From: a virus
Lineage: Duplodnaviria > Caudoviricetes
DNA: 60,234 nucleotides
Virus record (IMG/VR): IMGVR_UViG_3300045996_001815
Location: 1-60,234 of that record
Direction: 5' to 3' (one strand)
Shown: positions 36,920 through 47,202 of the stretch, piece by piece
Layout of the letters: each line of letters begins with the position of its first letter
How positions within the stretch are numbered: the stretch's first letter is position 1
The notes under the pieces: model-generated
The model's input: only the letters and a program-made list of their open reading frames with translations
Databases searched by the model: none
What the model was told of the DNA's origin: nothing
Program-made: the position numbers and the translations under genes

Positions 36920-39900
36920 ATGCTCCGTCTAGCCACCCTGCCTTTCTATCTGCTGCTGCGCCTCGTGTCTGAGGTGTTCAGCACTGGGCACATCGTTTGC
37001 TACGCGCTATACGCTGGCTGCGACTGGCTGGCGCTGCGCATTACCAAGGGACTCCAAGAATGAAAATCAAAGTATGGGTCGCTACAGGCAAGGTCGGCAG
37101 CAATTGCGAGTCGACGATAGAGGTCGACGCCAATGATTGGCATGAGATGTGCGAAGAAGAGCAGGAAGAGCTGTGCCAGCAGGCAATGTTCGAGATGATC
37201 GAATGGGGCTGGGGCTCCAGTGGAGATAATTCATGAGCACACCGATCACAGACGAGCAGATAAAAGCGCTCATTGCCGCGCGCGATGAGTGGATGGAATC
37301 GGCGAAGTCGGAAAACAGAGAAGTGCAGCGCCTAAGAGCTGTTATAGGGGATCGAGACGCCACCATCGCCGAGCTGCGAGACAGGACTTTCTGCGAGGTA
37401 GAGCCGGACGGCGAGTCGCATGATATGTCTGCCGGCATGATCTGCGTGAAGTGCTGGAATCGCGTTTGCGACGCAAAGCATTCGCTTACGGCCGAGCTCG
37501 CCGAGCTGCGCAAGCCGGTGGCGGTGGAGCAGGACTCAGAGGCTGCAATAATCTGCAGATTCGCCAAGACCTCAATGGAGAGGAGTAGCGCCGAGTACAG
37601 CTCCCGAGAAATGGTCCTGCTTACTAGGCTGTACTCTCTGGCTGGATTCTACGACGCCCTCGCCCTCCGCCTCGCCGACCGCGTGAGCATGCTCAGCTTC
37701 GTGCAGGATCAGCTGACAAATCGCAACAAGGAGAACGAGGATCTCAAGGAGCGCGAGCGGCAGTTGCGGGAGTGCCTAGGGTCCTTGTTGGCTATGCCAG
37801 AGAGCCAGTGGCTTGAGCCAGGAGCCAGAAGGACAGCGTTCATCGCGATGCGCGCCGCCCTCGCCCAGCCGCAGGCCGATGAGGCTTGCGAGGAGTGCGG
37901 CGAGCCTATACCAGGCAGGCATCACCGGGCATGGGTCTGCTACGCCCAGCCGCAGGGGGAGCAGCCTCTGTGCACGTGCACGTTGGGCAGTGGTTGCGAA
38001 TCTCAGCCTGGCAAGCGGTGTTGTTTGAAGGAGAGCGGCAATGGCTGAGTGCAAACACGAAGGTCATCGAATCAAGGGGCTGTGCTGGCTATGCACTGCC
38101 GAGAACGCCGAGCTATCCAAGCATCTGGAAGAGGCCACGCAGGCAGGCATCGACACAGCGAGAGAGATCACGGAGACGCTCAGCAAGAGGCTTGATGAAG
38201 TCGAGGCCGAGAACGCGGGGCTGAGGGAGGCTCTGCAGACAATGATCGAAATCCATGATGAGCAGAACGGCAGATCGACAAACCCAAAGCATTTTGTGAA
38301 CGCTGCCCGCGCTCTGATCGACGCAGCCGGAGTTGCGAAATGACTACCTACAGCAGTGTCGGAAGCAACGAAGAGCGGCGTTTACGGGCCGAGGTCCAGC
38401 AACTGCTCGAACAGAACCAGAAACTGCAAGCAGAGATAGCGGGGCTGAGGGAGGATAAAGCGCGACTCGATTGGCTCTGCGATAACGCCCCAGAGCATTT
38501 CGAAAGCGATGCGCTTCGATGCTTCGAGTGGCACCAGAATTTATCTGTGCGAGACGCAATTGACGCAGCGCGAGGTGCGAAGTGAACAAGCGACGCGTAT
38601 CTGATCTGCACAACGATGATCCAAATGATCTGTTGGGTCAGTGCGTCTACATGCCCGAGGATGTCGAGCCTCAGCTCTCCCGCCTGCGCGAACGCGTGGG
38701 GGAGTTGGAGATATCTCTTGCCGTTGAGCGAGTTGTATCTCTAGAAGCGGTTCAAGCAAAGTCTGCAGCCGAAGATCGGGCCGATGATTTGGAATCAGAT
38801 CTGCGTCATTACGGCGAATCCGAGGGCGCCAGATGCGCATCGAAAATACGAAAACTTGAGTCCCGCGAGCGCCTGCTGCTGGAGGCGGTGCGGTGGCTGC
38901 TAGATAACGCGGTCGGCTCATGCGGAGACAACCTCTACCAGCACTTCGGGCATTCTGAGCCCACCGAAGCACCCGCCCACCTCGCCCCGCTGATCGCGGA
39001 GGCTATGCAACAACAGGAGAATGGCAATGGCTAGAAAAGTTCACAACTGCGAGTACTGCGGCGATGACCTTGGAACTGAAGTCGACAAATGGCCTGGTGA
39101 TGTTGTGGTTTGCGTAAAGCGCGAGTGTCAGCGCTACGAGCGGGACTGCTATCAGGAGCAGCGCGATGAAGCGCACGAACAGCTTGACCGCGACATGGGC
39201 TGGAATTAAGGACGACTGCGATGAATGAAACAAAAGACACCGCCGCGCTCAGAGCCCGGCAGCAGTATCTGATGATCGAGCTGGGGATTGCCAAAGAACA
39301 GGTCCACCACCTTCAGATCCAGCTGATGGAGGTCGACCGCAAGCTGGGCTTTCAGCGCGACCTGCATCCGGCGGGGAGTTCGACTGGCGCGGTGGGTGGG
39401 GTATGACTGAGCGGACGAGGTTCGTGGAGCGAATCATTTTCAGCACAGATGACTCTGCGGTGCCGATTACCATCACATTTCCATCGCCCTTGCGACAGCA
39501 CGAGTTGCAGGATCTCAAGGCTTTGATGGAGATCTTCTACCGCTCACAAGAGCGGCGCGGCAGCGATTCAGATCACCCCGAGCGGGGTGGGTGAGCATGA
39601 AACTGCACGAGCTTGCCGAGGCCTCCGCGCAATGCCTGAAGAACAGGCATGAACTGGGCATTGATCAGCACGGATATATAGCGCTGGTCGTTCCAAAGGG
39701 CACTCGATTGCCATTCAAGGGCCATCTTTCCTGCGAGCACGAGGATGGCCGACGTGTTTATCACGTTCGCATCCATCAGGTTTTTGCATACCTAACAAAG
39801 GCAACAAAGCCATGACCGAGCCAACCCTGCAGCAGCTGAAGATGGAGCAAGCATGAAGTTCGAGAAGCTAAAACCGGGCATGGTGCTATTCGATGTCGGC

Positions 39901-41339
39901 CGTCACAAGATGGGCAATACCACCATGAGCACGGTTAGCGTGTGGGAAGTTCGAGTGATTGAAGTCCACCAGGACAGGTCTATCACGGCATCTTGGAATG
40001 GCAACGCGCCCAAGGTGATGCGCGAGCGAGAGTGGTCGAGGCTGCGAGCGAAGCGCCCCGAACTTGTCCGAGGCGCTTGCGGTGTTTACAGGATCAAGCC
40101 GCGCTCCCCTTGCTCGCCCTCTGACGGAGGAATGAGATGAGCATATGCCATGTCTGCAAACAACCAATGCAGGTCCGTCGCGATGGAAGGCTCGTCTGGC
40201 ATTACGGGGCTCCAATGAACTGGAATGGGCTGAACTGGTTCAGCATGCTTTGCAGCGGCTCTTATTTGCTCGCCCGCTCTGACGGAGGAATGACGTGACC
40301 AACGAAGAGATATTGCAGTGGCAGGCCGAGATGCGAGCGTTGCCGAAGATATGGCACGTGATCGTCAAATGCGAAGGCGAGATCAGCATTGACGGAACCT
40401 ATGATTGCCGCGAGGCCGCTGAACTGCACCGGGACCACTACAACAGGAAGCCAAAGTACTACGGTAGGGCCAGCATTAGCTGCTCGTCGGTTGTGAACAT
40501 CGAGATGGCTCGACGTCGGTTCCAGGCCGAAGCATGAGCATCCTCCTCACCCTCGCCTGCAACGACGAGCGCGGCAACCCATCGGGGCGGCTGGGCGCCA
40601 TCGAGATCGGCGGCTGCATGCAGTTCGTCGCGGGTGACTGCCGCGGCCCGCGCTTTCGCTTCGTGAACCTGCGCGCCAACGATGCGCACTTCCGGCTCTT
40701 CCGTGAAAGCTGGCAACTGGTGAGTCACCGTGAGTGGTTCGGCAATTGGTGCTGCGATGGCGTGAAGGTGCGGCACATTGTAGTGCTCGGCCTGCTCAAC
40801 CATCCGCTGCTGCGGAGGCACTTCACGTTGGAGCAAGGTGTGAGCACGCTATTCGATCACTGGCGCAGCGGCGCACGCTGGACTGAGCGCGAAGCCTCGA
40901 TGATTTCGGGAGGTGGATGATGCCTGTACTCATCGGCGACATGGGCGACTACGACCGCTGGAAGGCGTCGCCATACGACGACCTCGATGATGACTTCGAG
41001 GAGCGCGAGCAGGACCAAGACGAGCCGGACAAGGAATGCATCGGCGATGACTGCCTGTTCACAGGTGAGCACTACCGGGACGAGTGCTTCACGGCGGAGG
41101 ACTGCGAGCGCGAGCGCGAAGCGGCGTTCTGGTCCGAGCACACCGACATCGAGGCGCTGCTCGCGACCGTTAATTGGATCCAATCGACACAGCTCGAGCA
41201 ACTGCGCGGCCAGGTGATGGTCACCATCGCCAAGATGGTCGACGACGCGCGCATCGCGGTAGGCCTTCAGCCAATCCAGCTCTGCGGGACGTGCGGGCAG
41301 GAAGGTCGACACGAAGACTGCAACGAGTTGCCCTTTTGA
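36920..41339 (+). CDS. Mosaic run of about 15 small hypothetical genes (ea/nin-like region)
   Basis: Coupled ORFs such as 37060-37236, 37233-38048, 38041-38343, 38340-38585, 38582-39034, 39853-40140, 40295-40537, 40534-40920, 40917-41339. Confidence 0.55.
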
Positions 41340-41350
41340 GGCCAGCAACC

Positions 41351-41542
41351 ATGAAGCAGCAACAACCACTCATTCGCATCGACGTGTGGGCAGCCAGCAA
41401 GATGACACCCCCGCCACATCGCGCGCGGCTCGCCAACTGGGCGCGCAACGGCCGCATACATCCGCAGCCGTCCAAGATTGGTCGAGACTGGTATGTGCGT
41501 GCTGACGCCTGCTTCGTGGATCGAAACGGCAAGCCTCTGTGA
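41351..41542 (+). CDS. xis: Lambda-type excisionase
   Basis: W.......P....L..WAR.GRI.P.P.K.GR.W.V..DA. Confidence 0.88.
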   Translation: MKQQQPLIRIDVWAASKMTPPPHRARLANWARNGRIHPQPSKIGRDWYVRADACFVDRNGKPL

Positions 41543-42636
41543 GCCCCCGAAAACGTCATCCACGCAACGCACTGCTGCCGGACAACCTGCGCGTGCGCAA
41601 TGGCTATTACAGCTACACCCACCCCGATACCGGCATCGAGAAAGGACTGGGGCGTGATAAGGCGCATGCCATCGGCTGGGCTCGGGCGGCGAACGCTGAG
41701 TGGCACCGTCTGCAGGGTCAGCACGATGCCGCAGCATGGATCCGAGGTGATGCCGTTGCGCGCACATGGGGCGCATGGCTGGATCATTACCAGGTCATCT
41801 ACCGGGCCCGCGGGCTGCGCCGGTCGACGCTGTACAACTACGAGCATTACCTGCGGGTCTGCCGGGAGCGGATCGACCCGAAGCGGGCGTTTGAATCCGT
41901 CGACGTGGCGACGGTTGCCGAGGCGGTCAAGCACTACGTGGATGCCGGCAAGACCCAGGCGGCAAAGTCGTTCCGGGTGTACCTGATCGATGTGTTTCGC
42001 GAGGCCATGGCCGAGGGCTGGTGCAACCACAACCCGGCCGAGGCCACCCGACGGGTTCAGCACACCACGCGTCGGGCCCGGCTGACGATCGAGGTCGTGA
42101 AGCAGCTTCTGGAGCTCGAGCTGCGCCCGTGGCTGCGCAATGCAATCCTGCTCGGGCTGGTGTCAGGCCAGCGCCGGGAAGACGTCATGAGTGCGCAGCG
42201 CCGCGACATCCGCGAGGCGCACTGGTGGTGCGAGCAGCGCAAGACCGGCTCGCGCGTGGCCATCCCGCTCGCGCTACGCATGGATGCCATCGGCATGTCA
42301 CTGCAGGACGTGCTGGACCAGTGCCGTGGCAGCAACATCCTGTCCCCCTGGATCATCCACCAGACCCGCAACAACACCACCAGCAAGCGCGGCGCCAAGA
42401 TCTCGCCGCAATCCCTGACCATCGCATTTCAGGAGGCCATGCAGCAGCTGCCGATCGACTGGCAGGGCAAGACCCCGCCCACCTTCCACGAGCTCAGGTC
42501 GCTCGCGGCGCGGCTCTACGAGGCCCAGGGAGGCGTCGACCCACAGCACCTGCTGGGACACAAGTCGGCCAGCACCACCGCGATCTACACGGACGCCCGG
42601 GGCGAGTGGATCAAGGTTTCGGTCGGCGGCGGGTAA
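41539..42636 (+). CDS. int: Lambda-type tyrosine integrase with arm-binding domain
   Basis: LPDNL..R.GYY.Y..P, GQRRED, QRKTG, FHELRSL, LLGHKS..TT.IY. Confidence 0.96.
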   Translation: MSPRKRHPRNALLPDNLRVRNGYYSYTHPDTGIEKGLGRDKAHAIGWARAANAEWHRLQGQHDAAAWIRGDAVARTWGAWLDHYQVIYRARGLRRSTLYNYEHYLRVCRERIDPKRAFESVDVATVAEAVKHYVDAGKTQAAKSFRVYLIDVFREAMAEGWCNHNPAEATRRVQHTTRRARLTIEVVKQLLELELRPWLRNAILLGLVSGQRREDVMSAQRRDIREAHWWCEQRKTGSRVAIPLALRMDAIGMSLQDVLDQCRGSNILSPWIIHQTRNNTTSKRGAKISPQSLTIAFQEAMQQLPIDWQGKTPPTFHELRSLAARLYEAQGGVDPQHLLGHKSASTTAIYTDARGEWIKVSVGGG

Positions 42637-42775
42637 CGGAGAACAGCCGGAGAGGAATCGGAGAGCAGCGAGAATTCCCGAGGAAAATCCCGGGTTGCTT
42701 TGATGATCCAGTAGCTTTCCGGATTTGGCGTATGGCCATGAAGCCAAATAAGAAATTGGCTTTATTCTCTCCGGA
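42637..42775. other. Probable attP
   Basis: CGGAGA at 42637, 42648 and 42659 (11-bp period), inverted copy near 42764-42773, core-like IR ATTTGGC...GCCAAAT at 42723-42749. Confidence 0.65.
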
Positions 42776-42843
42776 AAGTTGGGTCAGAAATCCATCCAGT
42801 GGTGGCTTATGTGTCAATGGCTTGCGGCTGTATATCGGAAGGC

Positions 42844-43107
42844 TCACGCCCCGCCGTCCAGCCGATTCCGCGGCTCGTAGCCGGGGCTACCCGGCACCGG
42901 CGGCCGCAGCTGAGCCTGGCCGACCTCCCCGCAGTCTTGGCACCGCCACGTGCGGCCAATGAGACACTCATCGCCGCGCCCTGCCCTGACCATCCCCGCA
43001 AGATCGGCAGCCCGCCAAACCTTGCACCGCGGGCACCACACCTCGATGCTGTGCTGGTACTTCAGCAGCTTCAGGGGTGTGTCGAGGACCACGCGCTCAT
43101 TGGTCAT
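42844..43107 (-). CDS. Zn-ribbon protein
   Basis: CPRC...CQDCG; possible leaderless promoter TTGCCG-N18-TACCGT. Confidence 0.65.
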   Translation of the reverse strand: MTNERVVLDTPLKLLKYQHSIEVWCPRCKVWRAADLAGMVRAGRGDECLIGRTWRCQDCGEVGQAQLRPPVPGSPGYEPRNRLDGGA

Positions 43108-43151
43108 ACGCCACGGTATCGCCGTGGCAGGCGCCCCGGCAAGATCGGGCA

Positions 43152-43334
43152 ATGGCCGACCCGCCCGACCTATTCGCCGAGCTCCGCCTGCGCCTGCAAG
43201 CCCGGGCCGAGATCGAGCGGCTGGTGCGGGAGGGGCACGAGCACCTGGCGGCGGGGCGCGCCGAGGAGGCTCGGCAGTCGCTCGAGCAGTCCGAGGAGAT
43301 TCAGAGGCGTATGGATGCGCTGCGGGGTGCGTGA
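43152..43334 (+). CDS. Small helical hypothetical protein
   Basis: MADPPDLFAEL... Confidence 0.45.
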   Translation: MADPPDLFAELRLRLQARAEIERLVREGHEHLAAGRAEEARQSLEQSEEIQRRMDALRGA

Positions 43335-43364
43335 TTGCGCACACATGCCATATTGGCCTAGTAT
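43335..43364 (+). promoter_or_regulatory. Sigma70-like promoter with operator
   Basis: TTGCGC-N18-TAGTAT with TGCCATATTGGCC in the spacer. Confidence 0.65.
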
Positions 43365-43371
43365 CCCGCGT

Positions 43372-43611
43372 ATGAGCCCACGCCAGCCAATTATGCCGAC
43401 AGCCAGCGACCACACGCCGGCCGAGATAGTCACCCTGCTCTCGGAGCTCGGTATGACCCAGGTTGCGGCAGCGGCAGCGCTCGGGGTAGGTGATCGGAGC
43501 ATGCGCCGATATTGCGCTGAGGCGTGCCCGCACCATATCTGGCTGGCGCTTTGCCAATTGCGTGATCTGCGTATTCGAGCGGCGCTTGACTTACAGGCCA
43601 AATCGGCCTAA
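43372..43611 (+). CDS. Small HTH regulator (Aca-like context)
   Basis: LGMTQ..AA.ALGV..R.MRRY. Confidence 0.75.
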   Translation: MSPRQPIMPTASDHTPAEIVTLLSELGMTQVAAAAALGVGDRSMRRYCAEACPHHIWLALCQLRDLRIRAALDLQAKSA

Positions 43612-43614
43612 TCT
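43586..43614 (+). promoter_or_regulatory. Strong sigma70-like promoter with operator
   Basis: TTGACT-N17-TAATCT with GGCCAAATCGGCC in the spacer. Confidence 0.72.
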
Positions 43615-43674
43615 ACACCCATCGCAGCCACCGCTGCACCGGCGCCTCCCGGATAGAGGGGTTGAGAGACGAAG

Positions 43675-44337
43675 ATGACCGCACTCACCGCAGCAGCTCG
43701 CGCAATTCGCTCAGCATCCTCGGACTGCGAGCCACCTTTCAGCGCCCGCGACTCAATTTCGCTCGCCGCCGCCATGCTCGCCGCAGGAGCGGGCATCGAC
43801 AATGGCGAGGCCGTGTACGTCAGCTCACGTCCAGCCTACATGCTGGCGCCTTATCACGCCGATGACGGCAACTGCGAGGTCGAGTACACATGCGTCGACT
43901 CGGGTCGCGAGGCCGCGCAGGAATATGTCGATAGCGGCGACTGGGGCGACAGCAACGGCAGCACCACTTACATCGACGTCAGCGTTTGGCGCAACGCGTT
44001 CGTGCTCGACGTGCTGAGCGATGCGCAACTGGAGCGCATCAATGAGGAGTCGCACACGATCGCTATAGAGCCGGAGGAGCCCGCGTGCATCGCCGATGAC
44101 CACGACTGGCAGTCGCCCTACGAGGTGCTCGGCGGTCTGGAGGAGAATCCTGGGGTCCATGGCCACGGCGGCGGAGTGATCATTCGAGAGGTCTGCGCCA
44201 ACTGCGGGCGCTACAGGATTACCGACACGTGGGCTCAGCGCAGGGACACTGGCGAGCAGGGACTGCGGTCCGTCAGCTACGAGGATGCGGACGAAGCGTC
44301 GAGTGAGTGGGTCGAGTCGCTGGCTGAGGCCGAGTGA
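43675..44337 (+). CDS. Highly acidic hypothetical protein
   Basis: About 40 D/E and no Lys in 220 aa; C..DHDW and CANC. Confidence 0.7.
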   Translation: MTALTAAARAIRSASSDCEPPFSARDSISLAAAMLAAGAGIDNGEAVYVSSRPAYMLAPYHADDGNCEVEYTCVDSGREAAQEYVDSGDWGDSNGSTTYIDVSVWRNAFVLDVLSDAQLERINEESHTIAIEPEEPACIADDHDWQSPYEVLGGLEENPGVHGHGGGVIIREVCANCGRYRITDTWAQRRDTGEQGLRSVSYEDADEASSEWVESLAEAE

Positions 44338-44609
44338 TGGACCGCTGGCTACAGGAGAGGAACGTGGAGCATAAAGTATCGATTTACGCGGCCGAGCGAC
44401 TGCTGGCCGACCTGAGCGGTGAACAGGCGCCATCCGTTGCAGCCGCAGTGCGCCGGATGCGGACCGGCAGCCACTCCCAGCGGCGCCGAGCGCTCCGGGA
44501 CCACGACGGCAGATATGCCCGAGCAGCGATGCGCGCCTACGCCTCGCTGGGCCCGAACACTCCGCGCACAGCGGACATCTTGGCTGCGCGGATGGCCCAG
44601 GGCTGCTGA
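44337..44609 (+). CDS. Hypothetical protein
   Basis: TGATG coupling. Confidence 0.5.
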   Translation: MDRWLQERNVEHKVSIYAAERLLADLSGEQAPSVAAAVRRMRTGSHSQRRRALRDHDGRYARAAMRAYASLGPNTPRTADILAARMAQGC

Positions 44610-44612
44610 CTG

Positions 44613-45092
44613 ATGGACCGCTGGCTCACCCACCTGACTATGGCAACTGGCCACCTACGACGGTCCTACCGCTCGGAGGTGATCGAAGAGGCGATCGCGT
44701 GGGGCCGCGAGGCAATCCGACAAACCACGCTGGCAGGCCCAATGGCGCTGCCGCAGATGGGCCCAGACTATCTGCTCCACTGCACGCGCGAGACCACCCA
44801 GACGCTGCTGTGCTCGGTCTGGCGCGGTGAGGCGGTGTGCGTGACGTTCGGGATCGCGGCCCACAACAAGCAGGGTTCGGGGCTGTGGCGAGCGCTCGTG
44901 GATACCGCTGAGGTGCCGCTGCACCCGTCAATATCCGGGGATGCACTGCCGGCGAAACCATGGTGCGCGGCCAGGCTCGAGCTCGGTGCGCTGGCGATGG
45001 TGCGTGACGGGCAGCGGGAGCAGTTGGAGATGCTCGGCGACCTGGAACGCGTGATCGGGTGGGCTTTCCTGGAGAGCATCAATAATGTCTGA
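44613..45092 (+). CDS. Hypothetical protein
   Basis: HLT..TGH.R.S.RSEV motif. Confidence 0.6.
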   Translation: MDRWLTHLTMATGHLRRSYRSEVIEEAIAWGREAIRQTTLAGPMALPQMGPDYLLHCTRETTQTLLCSVWRGEAVCVTFGIAAHNKQGSGLWRALVDTAEVPLHPSISGDALPAKPWCAARLELGALAMVRDGQREQLEMLGDLERVIGWAFLESINNV

Positions 45093-45504
45093 TGTCATTT
45101 TTGAGCCGCTTGGCTACGGCGAGATCATCTCAAGATCGAAGCCAATTCAATCTGGCTCGCCGGGTGTCTATTTTCTGATCGATGGCGCGACTATCGTTTA
45201 TGTCGGGCAGTCAATCAACGTGCCGGCACGTGTACGACAGCACCAGAACGACCCTCAAAAGACCTTCGATCGTGTTGCGGTCATCGACATCGCCGAAGAG
45301 GATCTGCTTGAGACCGAGAGGTATTACATAGATCTCTTCAGGCCAAAGCACAACCTTCGATTGGGAAGGCCATTTGAAGGAAAGAATCGTAGGCCTCGCA
45401 ACATCATGGTGTCGGATGAGGTGTACGCGATGCTGGAGCGTGCTGGCGATGGGCGGGCTGCCGAGGGGCTGGAGATTGTGGCGAGAGCCTATCGGCAGGC
45501 ATGA
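45085..45504 (+). CDS. GIY-YIG nuclease fused to an RHH-like domain
   Basis: GVY..YVGQS...R..QH, E..YI...P..N; C-terminal RNIMVSDEVY. Confidence 0.75.
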   Translation: MSDVIFEPLGYGEIISRSKPIQSGSPGVYFLIDGATIVYVGQSINVPARVRQHQNDPQKTFDRVAVIDIAEEDLLETERYYIDLFRPKHNLRLGRPFEGKNRRPRNIMVSDEVYAMLERAGDGRAAEGLEIVARAYRQA

Positions 45505-45621
45505 CGCGCGCGCTGAGCAGATCGCGCGCCGCCATCGCTGACGGCGCGGTCCGCCTGGGGATTGCGCGGGAGAGGGCGCGGTGGGGATTGTGGCAGGGAC
45601 CGATGCGCCAGTGATGCGCTG

Positions 45622-46143
45622 TTATTGCGCGATTCGAGCGCTAGCACTGGTTGACATCACCCAGGCTTGAAGCTCGCTCAGTTGCTGCCGGTACCGCTCG
45701 CACTCTGCTCCGAGCTGCACCAGTTGAGTTCCAACGTCTCTCCCAGCCTGCAAAGAATCGACCGGTCTGCCGGCGCCGTCATCAGGGCGGGCGGTGGCTG
45801 GGCCGGCTCCGGACACCGGTGCTGGACTGGCTGCGGCAGGCTTGCACAACCTGACAACAGGAGGGCGAGCAAGCAAGTCATCGACCTGGCCTTGTAGCTC
45901 ATTGCGTTTCGACTCCCAGGCCTGAGCGGCCTGCTGTGATTGGATGCGCTGTCGCTGCTCAAGCGCTTCGGTTTCGGCATTGGCGGCGAGCACCCGCGCG
46001 GCCATCTCGGATGTGGCGCGGTCGTAGCCACGCTGCTCTGCTTGGTCGGTGCAGCGGCTGACCAGCACCAGCGTGATTGCAACTGCCGCCGAGACAGCCA
46101 GCACGCGCCAGTAGCGGCGGGCAAACAGCAGCAGAGGGCTCAT
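45622..46143 (-). CDS. i-spanin (Rz-like)
   Basis: N-terminal TM, coiled coil, VRLC, QL..LQAWV. Confidence 0.8.
   Translation of the reverse strand: MSPLLLFARRYWRVLAVSAAVAITLVLVSRCTDQAEQRGYDRATSEMAARVLAANAETEALEQRQRIQSQQAAQAWESKRNELQGQVDDLLARPPVVRLCKPAAASPAPVSGAGPATARPDDGAGRPVDSLQAGRDVGTQLVQLGAECERYRQQLSELQAWVMSTSASARIAQ
45678..45902 (-). CDS. o-spanin (Rz1-like), embedded in Rz
   Basis: LLSGC lipobox, Pro-rich CP..AQPPPALM.AP. Confidence 0.8.
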   Translation of the reverse strand: MSYKARSMTCLLALLLSGCASLPQPVQHRCPEPAQPPPALMTAPADRSILCRLGETLELNWCSSEQSASGTGSN

Positions 46144-46349
46144 TGCTCGTCCATCAGCTGATTGGGCACCAGCCACTGCGCGATGAATGTCAGCGCAGTG
46201 CTGAGCCCAACCGCTGCCTCGCCGCTGACCTTGACTCCGGCAAAGGTGTCGGCTGCCCAGACGAGCACCGAGACTGCCCCGCCTACCGCCGCGCCAACGG
46301 CCACCTTGCGGTGCACGGGCTGGCGCTTGGGCTCTGCTACTGCGTTCAT
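46140..46349 (-). CDS. Putative holin (2 TM)
   Basis: P..KVA.GA..GA..., two hydrophobic helices; between endolysin and Rz. Confidence 0.65.
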   Translation of the reverse strand: MNAVAEPKRQPVHRKVAVGAAVGGAVSVLVWAADTFAGVKVSGEAAVGLSTALTFIAQWLVPNQLMDEQ

Positions 46350-46837
46350 TTTGTCGCCTCGATTGCGTGCTGAAAGTGGATGACAGATTTCGCTGGATCA
46401 GTCTTCCCGGCAGCCGTGTTGTAGTACTTCTTGTGGTACGCAGCCTGCAATGGCGCGTCGTCCTGCGGTGGCAACTGGTAGCCCTGCTGCTTGCGCTGGT
46501 AATGCAGCCCGCACAGCGCCGCGGCATAGAGCGGGTATCGAATCAGCGCCATGTGCGATGTCTCGCCATTGCGCAGCTGATTGAGCGGCTGCGCGAACAC
46601 CGGTCGGAAGCTCAGCCAGTTTTTCCACATGTCGTCGTGGGTAAGTCGTTCGCACTGAAACCATCCGAGCGCCGGCCCGCCGCCGAGCTGTTGCAGGTAG
46701 CGATATCCGCTCTCGTGCGCGCCCGTGCCGAGCACCAGGCATTCGCGCGCCTGCGACCAGATGCCGATGGCGTGGAGGGCTGGGCGGATGATTTCGGCGG
46801 CGATCACTCGCAGCGGTGCGCCATACGTCATGCTCAT
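46346..46837 (-). CDS. Endolysin, lysozyme-like fold
   Basis: GTGAHESG, GPALG.FQ.E..TH.D, Y.K.YYNT..G. Confidence 0.78.
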   Translation of the reverse strand: MSMTYGAPLRVIAAEIIRPALHAIGIWSQARECLVLGTGAHESGYRYLQQLGGGPALGWFQCERLTHDDMWKNWLSFRPVFAQPLNQLRNGETSHMALIRYPLYAAALCGLHYQRKQQGYQLPPQDDAPLQAAYHKKYYNTAAGKTDPAKSVIHFQHAIEATK

Positions 46838-47202
46838 GGAATCCCCAAGGCCCGCCGTACAACAGCGATCAGGTCCGCCGTCAAATCCTTCTCGACGCTG
46901 GCAAACACACCACGCTGCATGGCCAGTCGTGCGTCCTGCACGCTGACTGTGCCGCTGTAGATGACGAACGGCACCGCCGACGCGACCTGCCGGCAAATCC
47001 GGAGCGCGTCCCACCCATCGAACTGTGGCAGCACGATGTCGCACAGGATGAGATCGGGCAGACCCTCGCCGAACGCTGCACGCAGCCCGGCCTCGGTTTC
47101 GACCACGCGGTAGTCACAAGCGATGCCAGCCTTGCCGAGGTGCCAGCACGCGAGCTCGGCATCCTCGGGGATGTCGTCGATGAAGAGAAGCTCGCGGGTC
47201 AT
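46834..47202 (-). CDS. Single-domain response regulator (REC/CheY-like)
   Basis: FIDD, DLILCD..LP..DG, YSG, G....VEK. Confidence 0.9.
   Translation of the reverse strand: MTRELLFIDDIPEDAELACWHLGKAGIACDYRVVETEAGLRAAFGEGLPDLILCDIVLPQFDGWDALRICRQVASAVPFVIYSGTVSVQDARLAMQRGVFASVEKDLTADLIAVVRRALGIP

Noticed and set aside
42637-42700. GGA-rich stretch as an Rsm/Csr-type sRNA partner for the phage CsrA
   Set aside because: The 11-bp phasing, position after int and inverted copy fit integrase arm sites better; the GGA motifs are not in clear hairpin loops
42826-42845. CTGTATAT as a LexA box
   Set aside because: The right half-site ACAG is missing
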